From contig DASSFC010000042.1 in NCBI GenBank assembly GCA_035694865.1, positions 1 to 46,014 of the forward strand: 46,014 nt of DNA, read 5' to 3'. Made by a program: the position numbers and the translations under genes. Positions 8,453-16,894 of the stretch are shown here, piece by piece. A model generated the notes under the pieces. The model worked only from the letters and a program-made list of their open reading frames with translations. It did no database searches and was not told the origin of the DNA. Each line of letters begins with the position of its first letter. Position 1 is the stretch's first letter. The stretch is from Candidatus Saccharimonadales bacterium (GTDB lineage: Bacteria > Patescibacteriota > Saccharimonadia > Saccharimonadales > UBA10212).

Positions 8453-9307
8453 TTAGTTAATCCCCATCCAGGTCTTGTAATGATTGAGTAAAGACTCACC
8501 CCACAACATCACTATTAGAGTAGCCGCAATCAGAAAAGGGCCGTACGGTAAGCGGCTGGCCAGGGTTTTTTTGCGGCGGATTAAGTCAGGCATCGCTACC
8601 AATGAACCTAAAACAGACGCAATGAATATCATCAACAGGCTGTACTGCGGCTTGGCCAGCAAAGTTCCCGTTATTAATCCCAGCCGAACGTCGCCAAAGC
8701 CTATCCACTTGCCTTGCGAAGCCATATATAACAGGTAAAAAACGCCGCTGGCAACCAAGATAGAGGCCATCCATAAACCAACCGCCCTTAAGGGTCGGTT
8801 ATCAAAAAAGACTATATAACCTGCCCTGCCTGTGGCTGCTACAAACAATGTGGGATAAATAATGCGGTTAGGCAGCAGCATCCAGCGCAAGTCATAAACC
8901 GCCAGCGCCAATAGGCCGACGGCAGCTGCCAACCACATGGACAGCAGCAGCCATTGGCCGTCTATATGGACGCTTAGCGGCCAAAGCAGATAGCTGCCGG
9001 CAAAAACCAGCCCCGCTATAAGCTCTACCAATGGATATTGGACTGAAATCGTCTTTTTACAGTAACGGCACTTTCGCCCTAGAGCCAGCCAGCTGAAGAG
9101 TGGTATCAGGTCGTACCAGGCTAAGGTATGTTTACAGTCCGGGCACATGCTGCGGCCCTTTAAGATTGACAGGTTACTGGTCGCCTTTTTCTGTTTGCCG
9201 TTTGCAGTTTTCCCTGCTTGCTGCTCGTGCAGGCGCCAAACCAGCGCGTTGACGAAACTGCCCGCACATAAGCCTAGCCAGGCCAGCACAAGTGCTATAA
9301 CTATCAT
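8453..9307 (-). CDS. pilD: prepilin peptidase / N-methyltransferase (A24 family)
   Basis: Polytopic membrane protein with a CPDC...CRYC zinc-finger-like pair and the motif LIPLFSWLALGRKCRYC. Sits adjacent to pilA. Confidence 0.88.
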   Translation of the reverse strand: MIVIALVLAWLGLCAGSFVNALVWRLHEQQAGKTANGKQKKATSNLSILKGRSMCPDCKHTLAWYDLIPLFSWLALGRKCRYCKKTISVQYPLVELIAGLVFAGSYLLWPLSVHIDGQWLLLSMWLAAAVGLLALAVYDLRWMLLPNRIIYPTLFVAATGRAGYIVFFDNRPLRAVGLWMASILVASGVFYLLYMASQGKWIGFGDVRLGLITGTLLAKPQYSLLMIFIASVLGSLVAMPDLIRRKKTLASRLPYGPFLIAATLIVMLWGESLLNHYKTWMGIN

Positions 9308-9330
9308 TAATTTATCCTAGCATAATCATA

Positions 9331-9354
9331 AAGACGGCCCATATGGACCGTCTT
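9331..9354 (-). terminator. hairpin after pilA (AAGACGG-N10-CCGTCTT), probable partial terminator before pilD
   Basis: 7-bp stem at 9331-9337 / 9348-9354, 25 nt downstream of the pilA stop. A T-rich tail follows on the minus strand. Confidence 0.45.
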
Positions 9355-9378
9355 TTGAATGCTTTTAAGCCTTTAGGT

Positions 9379-9828
9379 TTAGGAAGCTACACAGCGGGTC
9401 TGAGCGGCACCAGTGGTCTCAAACTGGTACAAAATTCCAAACTCCCGGGCAGTACCGCCTTGAAGAGCGGTTCCAGCAGCATTGCATGTTTGACCGAACG
9501 TCCAACAAGCACTTGTTGTACTAGCTGTACAGCCAGCGACCCCTGATGCGTTCGTTATCTGACCGAGTTTGGCGTAGTCTATATCCACATTACCAGAGCC
9601 AACACTACTGCATGTAGCTGTTACGTTATTGTGGTTTGCCAGGCAAGTATTAATTGCCGCGGCGATGGTAGCAACATCATTACTGCGCTGAGTATTACGG
9701 CTGTTGCGCTGCAGGGCCGGAACGGCCAAAAGAACAATTAGAAGTATGACGGCGGCGATGGCCAGCACAATCATAACTTCGATGATAGTGAAGCCTTGTT
9801 CGCGCTTTTGTTTATATAGGTCTTTCAT
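9379..9828 (-). CDS. pilA: major type IV pilin
   Basis: MKDLYKQKREQG/FTIIEVMIVLAIAAVILLIVLLAVPAL. Small (149 aa) Cys-containing globular part. Has its own promoter and terminator. Confidence 0.85.
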   Translation of the reverse strand: MKDLYKQKREQGFTIIEVMIVLAIAAVILLIVLLAVPALQRNSRNTQRSNDVATIAAAINTCLANHNNVTATCSSVGSGNVDIDYAKLGQITNASGVAGCTASTTSACWTFGQTCNAAGTALQGGTAREFGILYQFETTGAAQTRCVAS

Positions 9829-9886
9829 AGTGTTTAAGCAAATGCCCCCTTTGCTGTGGTTTTATTATGGTTATGCTTATGAGGAA

Positions 9887-9915
9887 ATAATATTCGCATG
9901 TCTATAAAAAAGCAA
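9887..9915 (-). promoter_or_regulatory. sigma70-like promoter TTGCTT-17-TATTAT upstream of pilA
   Basis: Read on the minus strand: TTGCTT at 9915-9910 and TATTAT at 9892-9887. Confidence 0.4.
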
Positions 9916-9920
9916 TAGCT

Positions 9921-11135
9921 TTAGCGTACATTCAATTTACCCGACAATCCGTAAATCGGCAGCAGCACGGCAGCCACTATTATAAGGGCCATAATACCGA
10001 GCATTATCATTAGGACAGGCTCAATTATAGTTGAGATAGCCCGAATTTCGTTGTCGACTTCCCTTTCGTAATAATCGGCCGTTTTGCCCAGCATGCTTTC
10101 CAGCGAACCTGATTGCTCGCCGATTTTTATCATATTAGGCACTAAATCCAAAAAGTTTGGATCGCCCTCTAGTGCCTCTGACAGTGATTTACCGCCTTTA
10201 ACCTTTTCGGCAGCCTTGTCAATCGAGCGGCTTATATGGACATTATTTACAGCTTCGGAAACGATGCTCATTACCTGCAGCAACGGCACGCCGCTGGCTA
10301 CCAATGTTTCGGCTGTCCGGGCAAAACGGGCCATGTAAAGCTTCATAAACAAGCGGCCTATCGGCCACATCCGCATCTTAGCCTTATCTACGAACTCCTT
10401 ACCAGGTCCGGCCCGCGCCCAGCGCGTCGTGAAGAAGATTGCAGCTCCAAGCAAAAGCAGTATTAGCCACCAAAAATGGCTTATGATGCGCGAAAAGAAC
10501 AATAACACTCTGGTAACAAACGGCAGTGTCGCTCCTGGAATACCTTTATAAATCTCTTCTACATGCGGAAGGACAACAACCAACATAAAACTGACCACGG
10601 CAATCATGACGACGATAACTAATATCGGGTAAACCAGCGCGCCGCGGACTTTAGATATGATTTCAGCGTCTTTTTCCTGCTGGTTTGCCAGGCGTTCCAA
10701 TGACTTATCTAAGGTGCCGGATGCCTCACCGGCCTCCACCATGCTGGTGTAAACGCGGTTGAAGGTGCGCGGATAGCGGGATAATGCTTCCGAAAAGGGT
10801 GACCCAGCCTCAACATCCGAAATTACCTTTTGGATTATCATCTTTAATGGCTTACTAGATGTCTGTCCTTCTACATTGCGCAAGCTTTGGACTAAGGGCA
10901 GTCCGGCATTAATTAGCGTCGACATCTGTCGTGAAAAGATAACTTTGTCTTTGGTCCTGACCCGGTTAGTAAAATTACCGAACAAGCCGGCTTTATCGGC
11001 TTCGGTGATTTCCAGCGGTGCATAGCCCTGTGCCTTGATGGCTTTGGCGGCCGCTTTTTCGTTCTCGGCCTGGACTTGCGAAGTTATCTTTTGGCCGGTT
11101 GCGGGGTCTCGGGCAGTAAATTTATAAGCCAGCAT
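9921..11135 (-). CDS. pilC: type IV pilus platform protein (GspF/PilC family)
   Basis: 404 aa with a duplicated T2SS-F domain architecture, three TM segments and a typical N-terminus MLAYKFTARDPATGQK. Confidence 0.9.
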   Translation of the reverse strand: MLAYKFTARDPATGQKITSQVQAENEKAAAKAIKAQGYAPLEITEADKAGLFGNFTNRVRTKDKVIFSRQMSTLINAGLPLVQSLRNVEGQTSSKPLKMIIQKVISDVEAGSPFSEALSRYPRTFNRVYTSMVEAGEASGTLDKSLERLANQQEKDAEIISKVRGALVYPILVIVVMIAVVSFMLVVVLPHVEEIYKGIPGATLPFVTRVLLFFSRIISHFWWLILLLLGAAIFFTTRWARAGPGKEFVDKAKMRMWPIGRLFMKLYMARFARTAETLVASGVPLLQVMSIVSEAVNNVHISRSIDKAAEKVKGGKSLSEALEGDPNFLDLVPNMIKIGEQSGSLESMLGKTADYYEREVDNEIRAISTIIEPVLMIMLGIMALIIVAAVLLPIYGLSGKLNVR

Positions 11136-11139
11136 CTGT

Positions 11140-12237
11140 CTAGCCCCTCATCAGCCGGTCCAGTTCATCGAGGTCGACGGCATAGTTGCGGGCTTCATCA
11201 TAGCTGATAATGCCGGTATGAATCAGGTTTACCAGCGTCCGGTCCATGCTTTGCATGCCATACTCTGCGCCGGTCTGGATTACGGCTTCGAGCTGGTAGC
11301 TTTTGCCTTCACGAATGATGTTACGGACAGCCGGTGTGGCCGCTAAAATTTCAGCCGCGGCAATCCGTCCGCCAGCCAAGGCCGGCACCAATCTTTGCGA
11401 AACTATGGCTTGCAGCATGTTGCCCAGCTGTGAGCGTACCTGAGGCTGCTGGTGCGGCGGAAAGACGTCAATCATACGGTCTACTGACTGGCTGGCGCTG
11501 TTGGTGTGCAATGTCGCCAGCACCAGGTGGCCGGTTTCAGCGATGGTAATAGCCGCGGCGATAGTTTCCAAATCACGCATTTCGCCGATTAGCACGACAT
11601 CCGGGTCTTCGCGCAAAGCCGAGCGTAGTGCGGCTGAAAAGCTGAAGGTATCGTAGTGCACTTCCCTTTGCACGATTAATGAGCGCTTGGATTTGTGGGT
11701 GTATTCGATCGGGTCTTCGACGGTAATTATATGGGTCGCCCGCTCGCTGTTGATTTTATCGACCATGGCGGCCAGTGTCGTCGATTTACCCGAGCCGGTC
11801 GGGCCTGTCACCAGTACTAAGCCGCGCGGGAATTCGGTGAATTTATTAACAACGGGGGGTAGTCCGAGGTCTTCGATAGTCCGGATTTTGTTGGGAATCA
11901 ACCGCAGGGCTGCCGCCAGGTTGCCGCGTTCATGGAACGCATTGACCCGGAAACGGCCCAAATCGCCAAAGGCGAAACTGAAGTCGAATTCTTTATCGCG
12001 CAGTAAAATCTGCTTTTGGTCATCGTCGAGCAGGCTAAAAACCAACTCTTCGACGCCCTTTTCATCCATTAGCTCTTGATGGAAAGGTGTCAGTGCGCCA
12101 TCGAGCCGCAGCATCGGCGGCATGCCGACTTGCAGATGCAGGTCAGATGCGTCCTTTTTGACTACTTCTTCTAATAAAACTTCTATTTTAGGTAGCGGTT
12201 TGGCGGCTGGCGCCGGATTTTGGTTTGGCGGCTGCAT
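11140..12237 (-). CDS. pilT: twitching-motility retraction ATPase
   Basis: 365 aa. Walker A GPTGSGKSTT, Asp box, LATLHTNSA and the PilT-type AIRNLIREGK-like block VRNIIREGK. Confidence 0.9.
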   Translation of the reverse strand: MQPPNQNPAPAAKPLPKIEVLLEEVVKKDASDLHLQVGMPPMLRLDGALTPFHQELMDEKGVEELVFSLLDDDQKQILLRDKEFDFSFAFGDLGRFRVNAFHERGNLAAALRLIPNKIRTIEDLGLPPVVNKFTEFPRGLVLVTGPTGSGKSTTLAAMVDKINSERATHIITVEDPIEYTHKSKRSLIVQREVHYDTFSFSAALRSALREDPDVVLIGEMRDLETIAAAITIAETGHLVLATLHTNSASQSVDRMIDVFPPHQQPQVRSQLGNMLQAIVSQRLVPALAGGRIAAAEILAATPAVRNIIREGKSYQLEAVIQTGAEYGMQSMDRTLVNLIHTGIISYDEARNYAVDLDELDRLMRG

Positions 12238-12269
12238 TTTTTATACCCCTCTTGCGGTGCCCTTACTGT

Positions 12270-14087
12270 TTAAGCGTCGGATGACGCTACCCTGTCCACT
12301 TCTAGTAACGTTGTCTGGCCGGCCAGAGCTTTAAGATATCCATCTTGGCGCATAATTACCATGCCTTGCTCCTGGGCGGCTTTTTGAATGACTGAGCTTG
12401 TCGCGTGTTTTATGATGAGGTCCTGAATTTTTTCAGTTACCTCAAACACTTCGTATAAGCCCATGCGCCCGGAGTACCCTGTCGGATTATCGGGGGTAAT
12501 CTTACCCTTAACCAAAGTATAATCGGTTTGCGTGGCCAAGGGCAAGCTCTTATAGCCGAGGTCAGCCGCTGTCTTGGCGGCTTCGGCTTGGGTTTTTGGC
12601 AGGATATTTCCTAAGATATTATGGATCCCTTCAGTCTCAACTTTGCTCGATTTATAAGACTCGCCCTCAGGCACTACCCGCCTGACTAACCTTTGGCCAA
12701 TAACTGTGTGGACGGTTGAGGCGATTAAAAAGGGCTCTAGTTCCATATCTAATAGCCGGGGTAAGATGCCGGCCGCGCTGTTGGTGTGCAGCGTGCTAAA
12801 TACCAAGTGGCCCGTTAAAGCAGCCTGGACAGCCAGCCCGGCTGTTTCCTTGTCGCGAATCTCACCTACCATGATGACGTCCGGGTCCTGGCGCAGGATA
12901 GAACGCAAACCATTGGCAAACGTCAGGCCTACAGCCGGGTTGACTTGGATTTGGTTCACACCATCAATTTTGTATTCAACCGGATCTTCCAGGGTAACTA
13001 TATTAATAGCGTCATCCTTGATTTCCTGGATCATGGCATACATGCTGGTGCTCTTGCCGGAGCCGGTGGGTCCCGATGTCAAAATCATTCCGTATGGGTT
13101 CTTTAAACCTTTTCTAATCAAGCGCAAGGCCCTTCCGGTATAGCCCATGGCCTCCAGCTTAAGGCTGGTGCCGGTTTTGTCGAGCAGACGGATGACGACC
13201 TGCTCGCCCCAGACCGTCGGGCTGATAGCGATACGTAAGTCGATTTCCAAATCCTCGACCTTGATAGTAAACTGGCCGTCTTGCGGGATGCGGTGCTCGT
13301 CGATTTTCAAATTGGCTAAAATTTTTATTCGGCTGACCAGGGCCGGTTCGGTACTTTTGGGCAGGCGCATAATCTCCCGCAAAACCCCGTCAATGCGCAC
13401 GCGGATGTTCAATTCCTTCTCCAGCGGCTCAATATGGATATCACTGGCCCGGTTCTTGGCAGCATATTCCATGATTGCCGATAATGCCTTAGCGATCGGC
13501 GAATCCTCGACGATAACCTGGACTTTATTTTCATTAAGTTTGACCTCGCCCCTCGGCTTATTACCTTCTTCGGCTTCAGCGGCGGCCTTATTATCTTCGT
13601 CAAGCCCCGACAACATTGTGCTTATGCCTTTACCGATATTTTGGTCATATTGCTTAAGCATCCGCCGGATGCCTGATTCACTGGCAGCGTAAACTTGAAG
13701 TGGTTTACCGATTTTTTCGCTTAAAAAGTCGACGGCCTGCAGGTTGCTGGCATCAAGCATAGCCACCACAAGCTTCTCCTTCATTGTGCCCAAGGGTACA
13801 GCCATGTAAAACTGGGCTGTTTCCTTAGGCAAAAGTTCCAAGACTTTTTGCGAGATTGGCGGCGTTTCGCTCAAGTTTACATAGGGTGTCTTGTTGACCA
13901 AAGCGGTTGCCCGGGTGAGCTGTTCGTCAGTTAAAGCTTTGTCATGAATCAGCAAACTGAACATCGGCTGTTTTTCCCTTTGTGACTTGGCCCGGTAGAG
14001 TTCCAGTTTATCGCGGTTTAATACACCGTCATTAATCAGCTGCTCCTCAATCTGCTGCTGGGTATTCTCAGAAAGTAAAACGCTCAT
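12270..14087 (-). CDS. pilB: type IV pilus assembly ATPase (GspE/PilB family)
   Basis: 605 aa with an N-terminal GspE_N-like region, Walker A GPTGSGKSTS and STLHTNSAAG. Confidence 0.9.
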   Translation of the reverse strand: MSVLLSENTQQQIEEQLINDGVLNRDKLELYRAKSQREKQPMFSLLIHDKALTDEQLTRATALVNKTPYVNLSETPPISQKVLELLPKETAQFYMAVPLGTMKEKLVVAMLDASNLQAVDFLSEKIGKPLQVYAASESGIRRMLKQYDQNIGKGISTMLSGLDEDNKAAAEAEEGNKPRGEVKLNENKVQVIVEDSPIAKALSAIMEYAAKNRASDIHIEPLEKELNIRVRIDGVLREIMRLPKSTEPALVSRIKILANLKIDEHRIPQDGQFTIKVEDLEIDLRIAISPTVWGEQVVIRLLDKTGTSLKLEAMGYTGRALRLIRKGLKNPYGMILTSGPTGSGKSTSMYAMIQEIKDDAINIVTLEDPVEYKIDGVNQIQVNPAVGLTFANGLRSILRQDPDVIMVGEIRDKETAGLAVQAALTGHLVFSTLHTNSAAGILPRLLDMELEPFLIASTVHTVIGQRLVRRVVPEGESYKSSKVETEGIHNILGNILPKTQAEAAKTAADLGYKSLPLATQTDYTLVKGKITPDNPTGYSGRMGLYEVFEVTEKIQDLIIKHATSSVIQKAAQEQGMVIMRQDGYLKALAGQTTLLEVDRVASSDA

Positions 14088-14099
14088 TTGTTTTTATTT

Positions 14100-14366
14100 T
14101 TATTGGTTTGTCTGATTGAACGGTACCTGGTTATTGGTGTTTCCAATCTGTATTAGCTGGGTCGGGTCAAGCGCATTGCTATTAAAGAATGGTTTGTAGT
14201 TATCGTCTGTCTGAGGCAATGGGAACTTGGAACTTATAGGCGTTACTACCGGCACTTTGATAGCGTTTTTCTTTTGGTTGCCAAATATAGAATTCGAAAT
14301 GATGAAGGAAAATATTATCGCAATAAAAGCGACCAGCCCAATTAGTATCAGGTCATTTTTTTTCAT
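14100..14366 (-). CDS. 88-aa single-pass membrane protein in the pilus operon, unassigned
   Basis: N-terminal TM helix LILIGLVAFIAIIFSFII. The start abuts the pilO stop. Confidence 0.55.
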   Translation of the reverse strand: MKKNDLILIGLVAFIAIIFSFIISNSIFGNQKKNAIKVPVVTPISSKFPLPQTDDNYKPFFNSNALDPTQLIQIGNTNNQVPFNQTNQ

Positions 14367-15062
14367 TTAATTGACCTCCTTGGTGGCCTGAAGGTTAAGG
14401 CTCTTAGCCGGCTGATAGTAGGTTGTCATACCGGCCGTCAGTTTCAGGCTTTGGTCGGTGCCGGCAATTTCCAGGGTATTTAAATCAAACGGCCTAATCG
14501 AACGTTCAAAATCTTGCAGCAGCTGCTGTGCCTGCTGATAGTTACCGCTGGCCTCGAACTGGAAAGTAACAGCCTTGGGTTGCGGCATAGCCTGCGGCTG
14601 ATCGGGGTAGGTTGTCGGGCTGTCAGTAACGGTTATAGAATTTATGGTCATGCTCCGACCTGTAATGATTTTTTCCAAGCTGGTCGCCAGAGCTGGTGCG
14701 TCATAAGTGCTTGGCAGAGCATCAAGCGTTAACCGGGGGTTGTCGCCATCTAAGTTACCCGAGCCGTTCAGACTGCCGCCCAGCATATTGGGATCCTGCT
14801 TAGCAAAGGCGCTGCTGTACTGGGTGAATAGCGTATTGGCAGCGGTCAAATTAGCCTTTAGCTGGTTGACGACCTTATGCTGTGCCGTCAATACCCGGCG
14901 CTGATAAAGGCCTTTGGAAATTAAAGCTTTAGCGGCAAACAGGCAGAAAATGGTAAGCACCACCGAGACAGCGACCACCACCAGGATAGTTGACTGGTCT
15001 TTATCAATTTGCAAATGCTTGGTTGAGGTCTTTTTTGTACTTTTTACCGTTTTTTCCGCCAT
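14367..15062 (-). CDS. pilO: PilO-like pilus assembly protein
   Basis: Single TM helix (ILVVVAVSVVLTIFCLFAA), then a coiled segment and a C-terminal domain. Position after pilN and start/stop coupling support the call. Confidence 0.55.
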   Translation of the reverse strand: MAEKTVKSTKKTSTKHLQIDKDQSTILVVVAVSVVLTIFCLFAAKALISKGLYQRRVLTAQHKVVNQLKANLTAANTLFTQYSSAFAKQDPNMLGGSLNGSGNLDGDNPRLTLDALPSTYDAPALATSLEKIITGRSMTINSITVTDSPTTYPDQPQAMPQPKAVTFQFEASGNYQQAQQLLQDFERSIRPFDLNTLEIAGTDQSLKLTAGMTTYYQPAKSLNLQATKEVN

Positions 15063-15772
15063 TATTGACTCCCCTGCTGGCCGGTTTTCGGTGTAGCCGT
15101 CTGGCCATTGAATAAACTGCTTGGGTTAGGACTATCCTGTACAGAACGTGTTGTTGTCTCTTGCGGTACTACCAGCTGTACGGCCTGGCTGGCGCCGAAT
15201 AAAGCCGGGTCAAAGCTCAAATCAATTGTATAAGTAGCCTGCTTATCATCCCGGTCGACTTGGGTTAAGACTACATTTGAAAATGCCTGCTTTTTAGTAG
15301 TGCTGTCGTTATTAATAGTGTAGTAGGTGAACTTAAGAGTATCGACGAATTTATTGACTGATTGGATGGTGTCAGCCGTGCCCTGGATGTCCATAGTGTT
15401 GGCTGAATTATCAATGCTAAGTTTGCCAATATTTACTTTAACCGGGGTTATCTGCGGTAAATAAGTAAGCAACCGCGAAGTAATGTGCTTCTGCTGATGC
15501 AGGCTGGGCAAGGCATTGAGCTGATTTTGGATAGTCAGGACTTTATCTAAGTTCGGGATGGCTTTAAGTTTATTTGAGTAAGTCTTTATATCATTATTGG
15601 CACTGCTTATAAGTTCTTTTTGCAGCACGTTCACGATAAAAAAGCTTAAGATAAACAGCGCCAATGCGAAAGCTACCGCTAACATAGATATGGCATAGAC
15701 CATACGCTTAAGCCGCTGCTGCTGCTGGAATTCCAGCTTTACATCCGGTAAGAGGTTGAACTGGACAGCCAC
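15062..15772 (-). CDS. pilN: PilN-like pilus assembly protein
   Basis: N-terminal FNLLPD motif followed by a TM helix (ISMLAVAFALALFILSFFIV). Directly follows pilM. Confidence 0.65.
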   Translation of the reverse strand: MAVQFNLLPDVKLEFQQQQRLKRMVYAISMLAVAFALALFILSFFIVNVLQKELISSANNDIKTYSNKLKAIPNLDKVLTIQNQLNALPSLHQQKHITSRLLTYLPQITPVKVNIGKLSIDNSANTMDIQGTADTIQSVNKFVDTLKFTYYTINNDSTTKKQAFSNVVLTQVDRDDKQATYTIDLSFDPALFGASQAVQLVVPQETTTRSVQDSPNPSSLFNGQTATPKTGQQGSQ

Positions 15773-15773
15773 G

Positions 15774-16814
15774 CTAGCCCTTCCTCTCGGCTAAGCCGCA
15801 GGCTACACCAAAATGGTTGGAAATACTCAGAAGTTCATTTTGGCGGCTTGATGGGAATGATACGTTGCGCCACGCATTTCCTATCTCCACATTGATACCG
15901 AACTTGTTGGCGATATATAACGGAAATTCCGGCAAAGTCGAAGCCCCGCCGGTCACGATAATACGGTCCATCTTAGTGTTAGGATAGCGCTGCTGGAAGA
16001 ATGTTATTGATTTCTCTACTTCAGTCACTAAATTGTCGACTACCGAAATAATGGCATTGTATACCCTGCCCTCCAGCTTGTCGCGGCTGACACCAAATTT
16101 ATAAACGAACTGGGTCGCCTGGGCGGCATCGACACCTAGGCCGGCAATGGCCGAGCGAATAATTGCCTCGGAGCCAATCGGAATCGATCGTGTCAGCCGC
16201 GGCGCACCATTAACGACAATAATCAGGTCTGTCGCCCGTGAACCAATATCAAGTACCATTTGCGGCAACGTGGCATCCGGCGCGACAATCGCCCGCATGA
16301 CCGCAAAAGTGTCCGGCTCAAAAGCAATCACATTAAAACCAACGCCTTCCAGCATGTCTAAACGCTGCTCGACGTAACTGTTAGGCACGCTTGATAATAA
16401 AACTTCGGATTTTGTAGGGTCGTGTGGCGAATCGCCCAGTAAGGCCCAGTCGATTTTGGATTCGGCCAGCGGAGTCGGGATAAATGAATCTGCCTGGTAG
16501 CGTATTGTTTTGGCCAGTTCGGCCGGTGATAACTTTTCCATGTCCACTACCGTTGTGAATACCCGGTTTGACGGAACGCCGACAGCCACGTTCTTGGTGG
16601 TTATGCCGGCTTGTTTACACAAAGCTACTACCGCAGCGGCCAGCTTTTGCTCGTCGGCCTTGGCATCACTGACCGCGATATTGCCTTCTACCGGCATCGA
16701 ACCGTAACGGTCAAGCGTCTTAACCGGCGGTGCACCGCGCAACTGTACTACGCGTATGGACGATGTACCGATGTCTAGCCCGAAGAATTCCGATACCCCA
16801 CTCAGTATGTCCAT
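15774..16814 (-). CDS. pilM: PilM, actin-like ATPase-fold pilus assembly protein
   Basis: GLDIGTSSIRVVQL phosphate-1 motif, DIGSRATDLI and IIVTGGAS. Confidence 0.85.
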   Translation of the reverse strand: MDILSGVSEFFGLDIGTSSIRVVQLRGAPPVKTLDRYGSMPVEGNIAVSDAKADEQKLAAAVVALCKQAGITTKNVAVGVPSNRVFTTVVDMEKLSPAELAKTIRYQADSFIPTPLAESKIDWALLGDSPHDPTKSEVLLSSVPNSYVEQRLDMLEGVGFNVIAFEPDTFAVMRAIVAPDATLPQMVLDIGSRATDLIIVVNGAPRLTRSIPIGSEAIIRSAIAGLGVDAAQATQFVYKFGVSRDKLEGRVYNAIISVVDNLVTEVEKSITFFQQRYPNTKMDRIIVTGGASTLPEFPLYIANKFGINVEIGNAWRNVSFPSSRQNELLSISNHFGVACGLAERKG

Positions 16815-16850
16815 AATTGTTTATTCTTATATATTATCCGATTTACCCGA

Positions 16851-16859
16851 ATTATAGCA
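16851..16859 (-). promoter_or_regulatory. extended -10 element TGCTATAAT upstream of pilM
   Basis: The minus strand reads TGCTATAAT about 37 nt upstream of the pilM ATG. The -35 is weak. Confidence 0.4.
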
Positions 16860-16894
16860 TAAGCTTTTTAGATAAAACACCTTATTTTATTGTC

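Noticed and set aside
12706-13692. 145-aa and 181-aa plus-strand ORFs inside pilB; similar antisense ORFs occur at 17072-17656, 17948-18340, 29788-30465, 34928-35725 and 37734-38180
   Set aside because: They lie entirely antisense to confidently identified genes (pilB, the 894-aa protein, valS, groEL, the ABC permease). Their translations are low-complexity or Ser/Arg/Leu-rich, and they lack start contexts.
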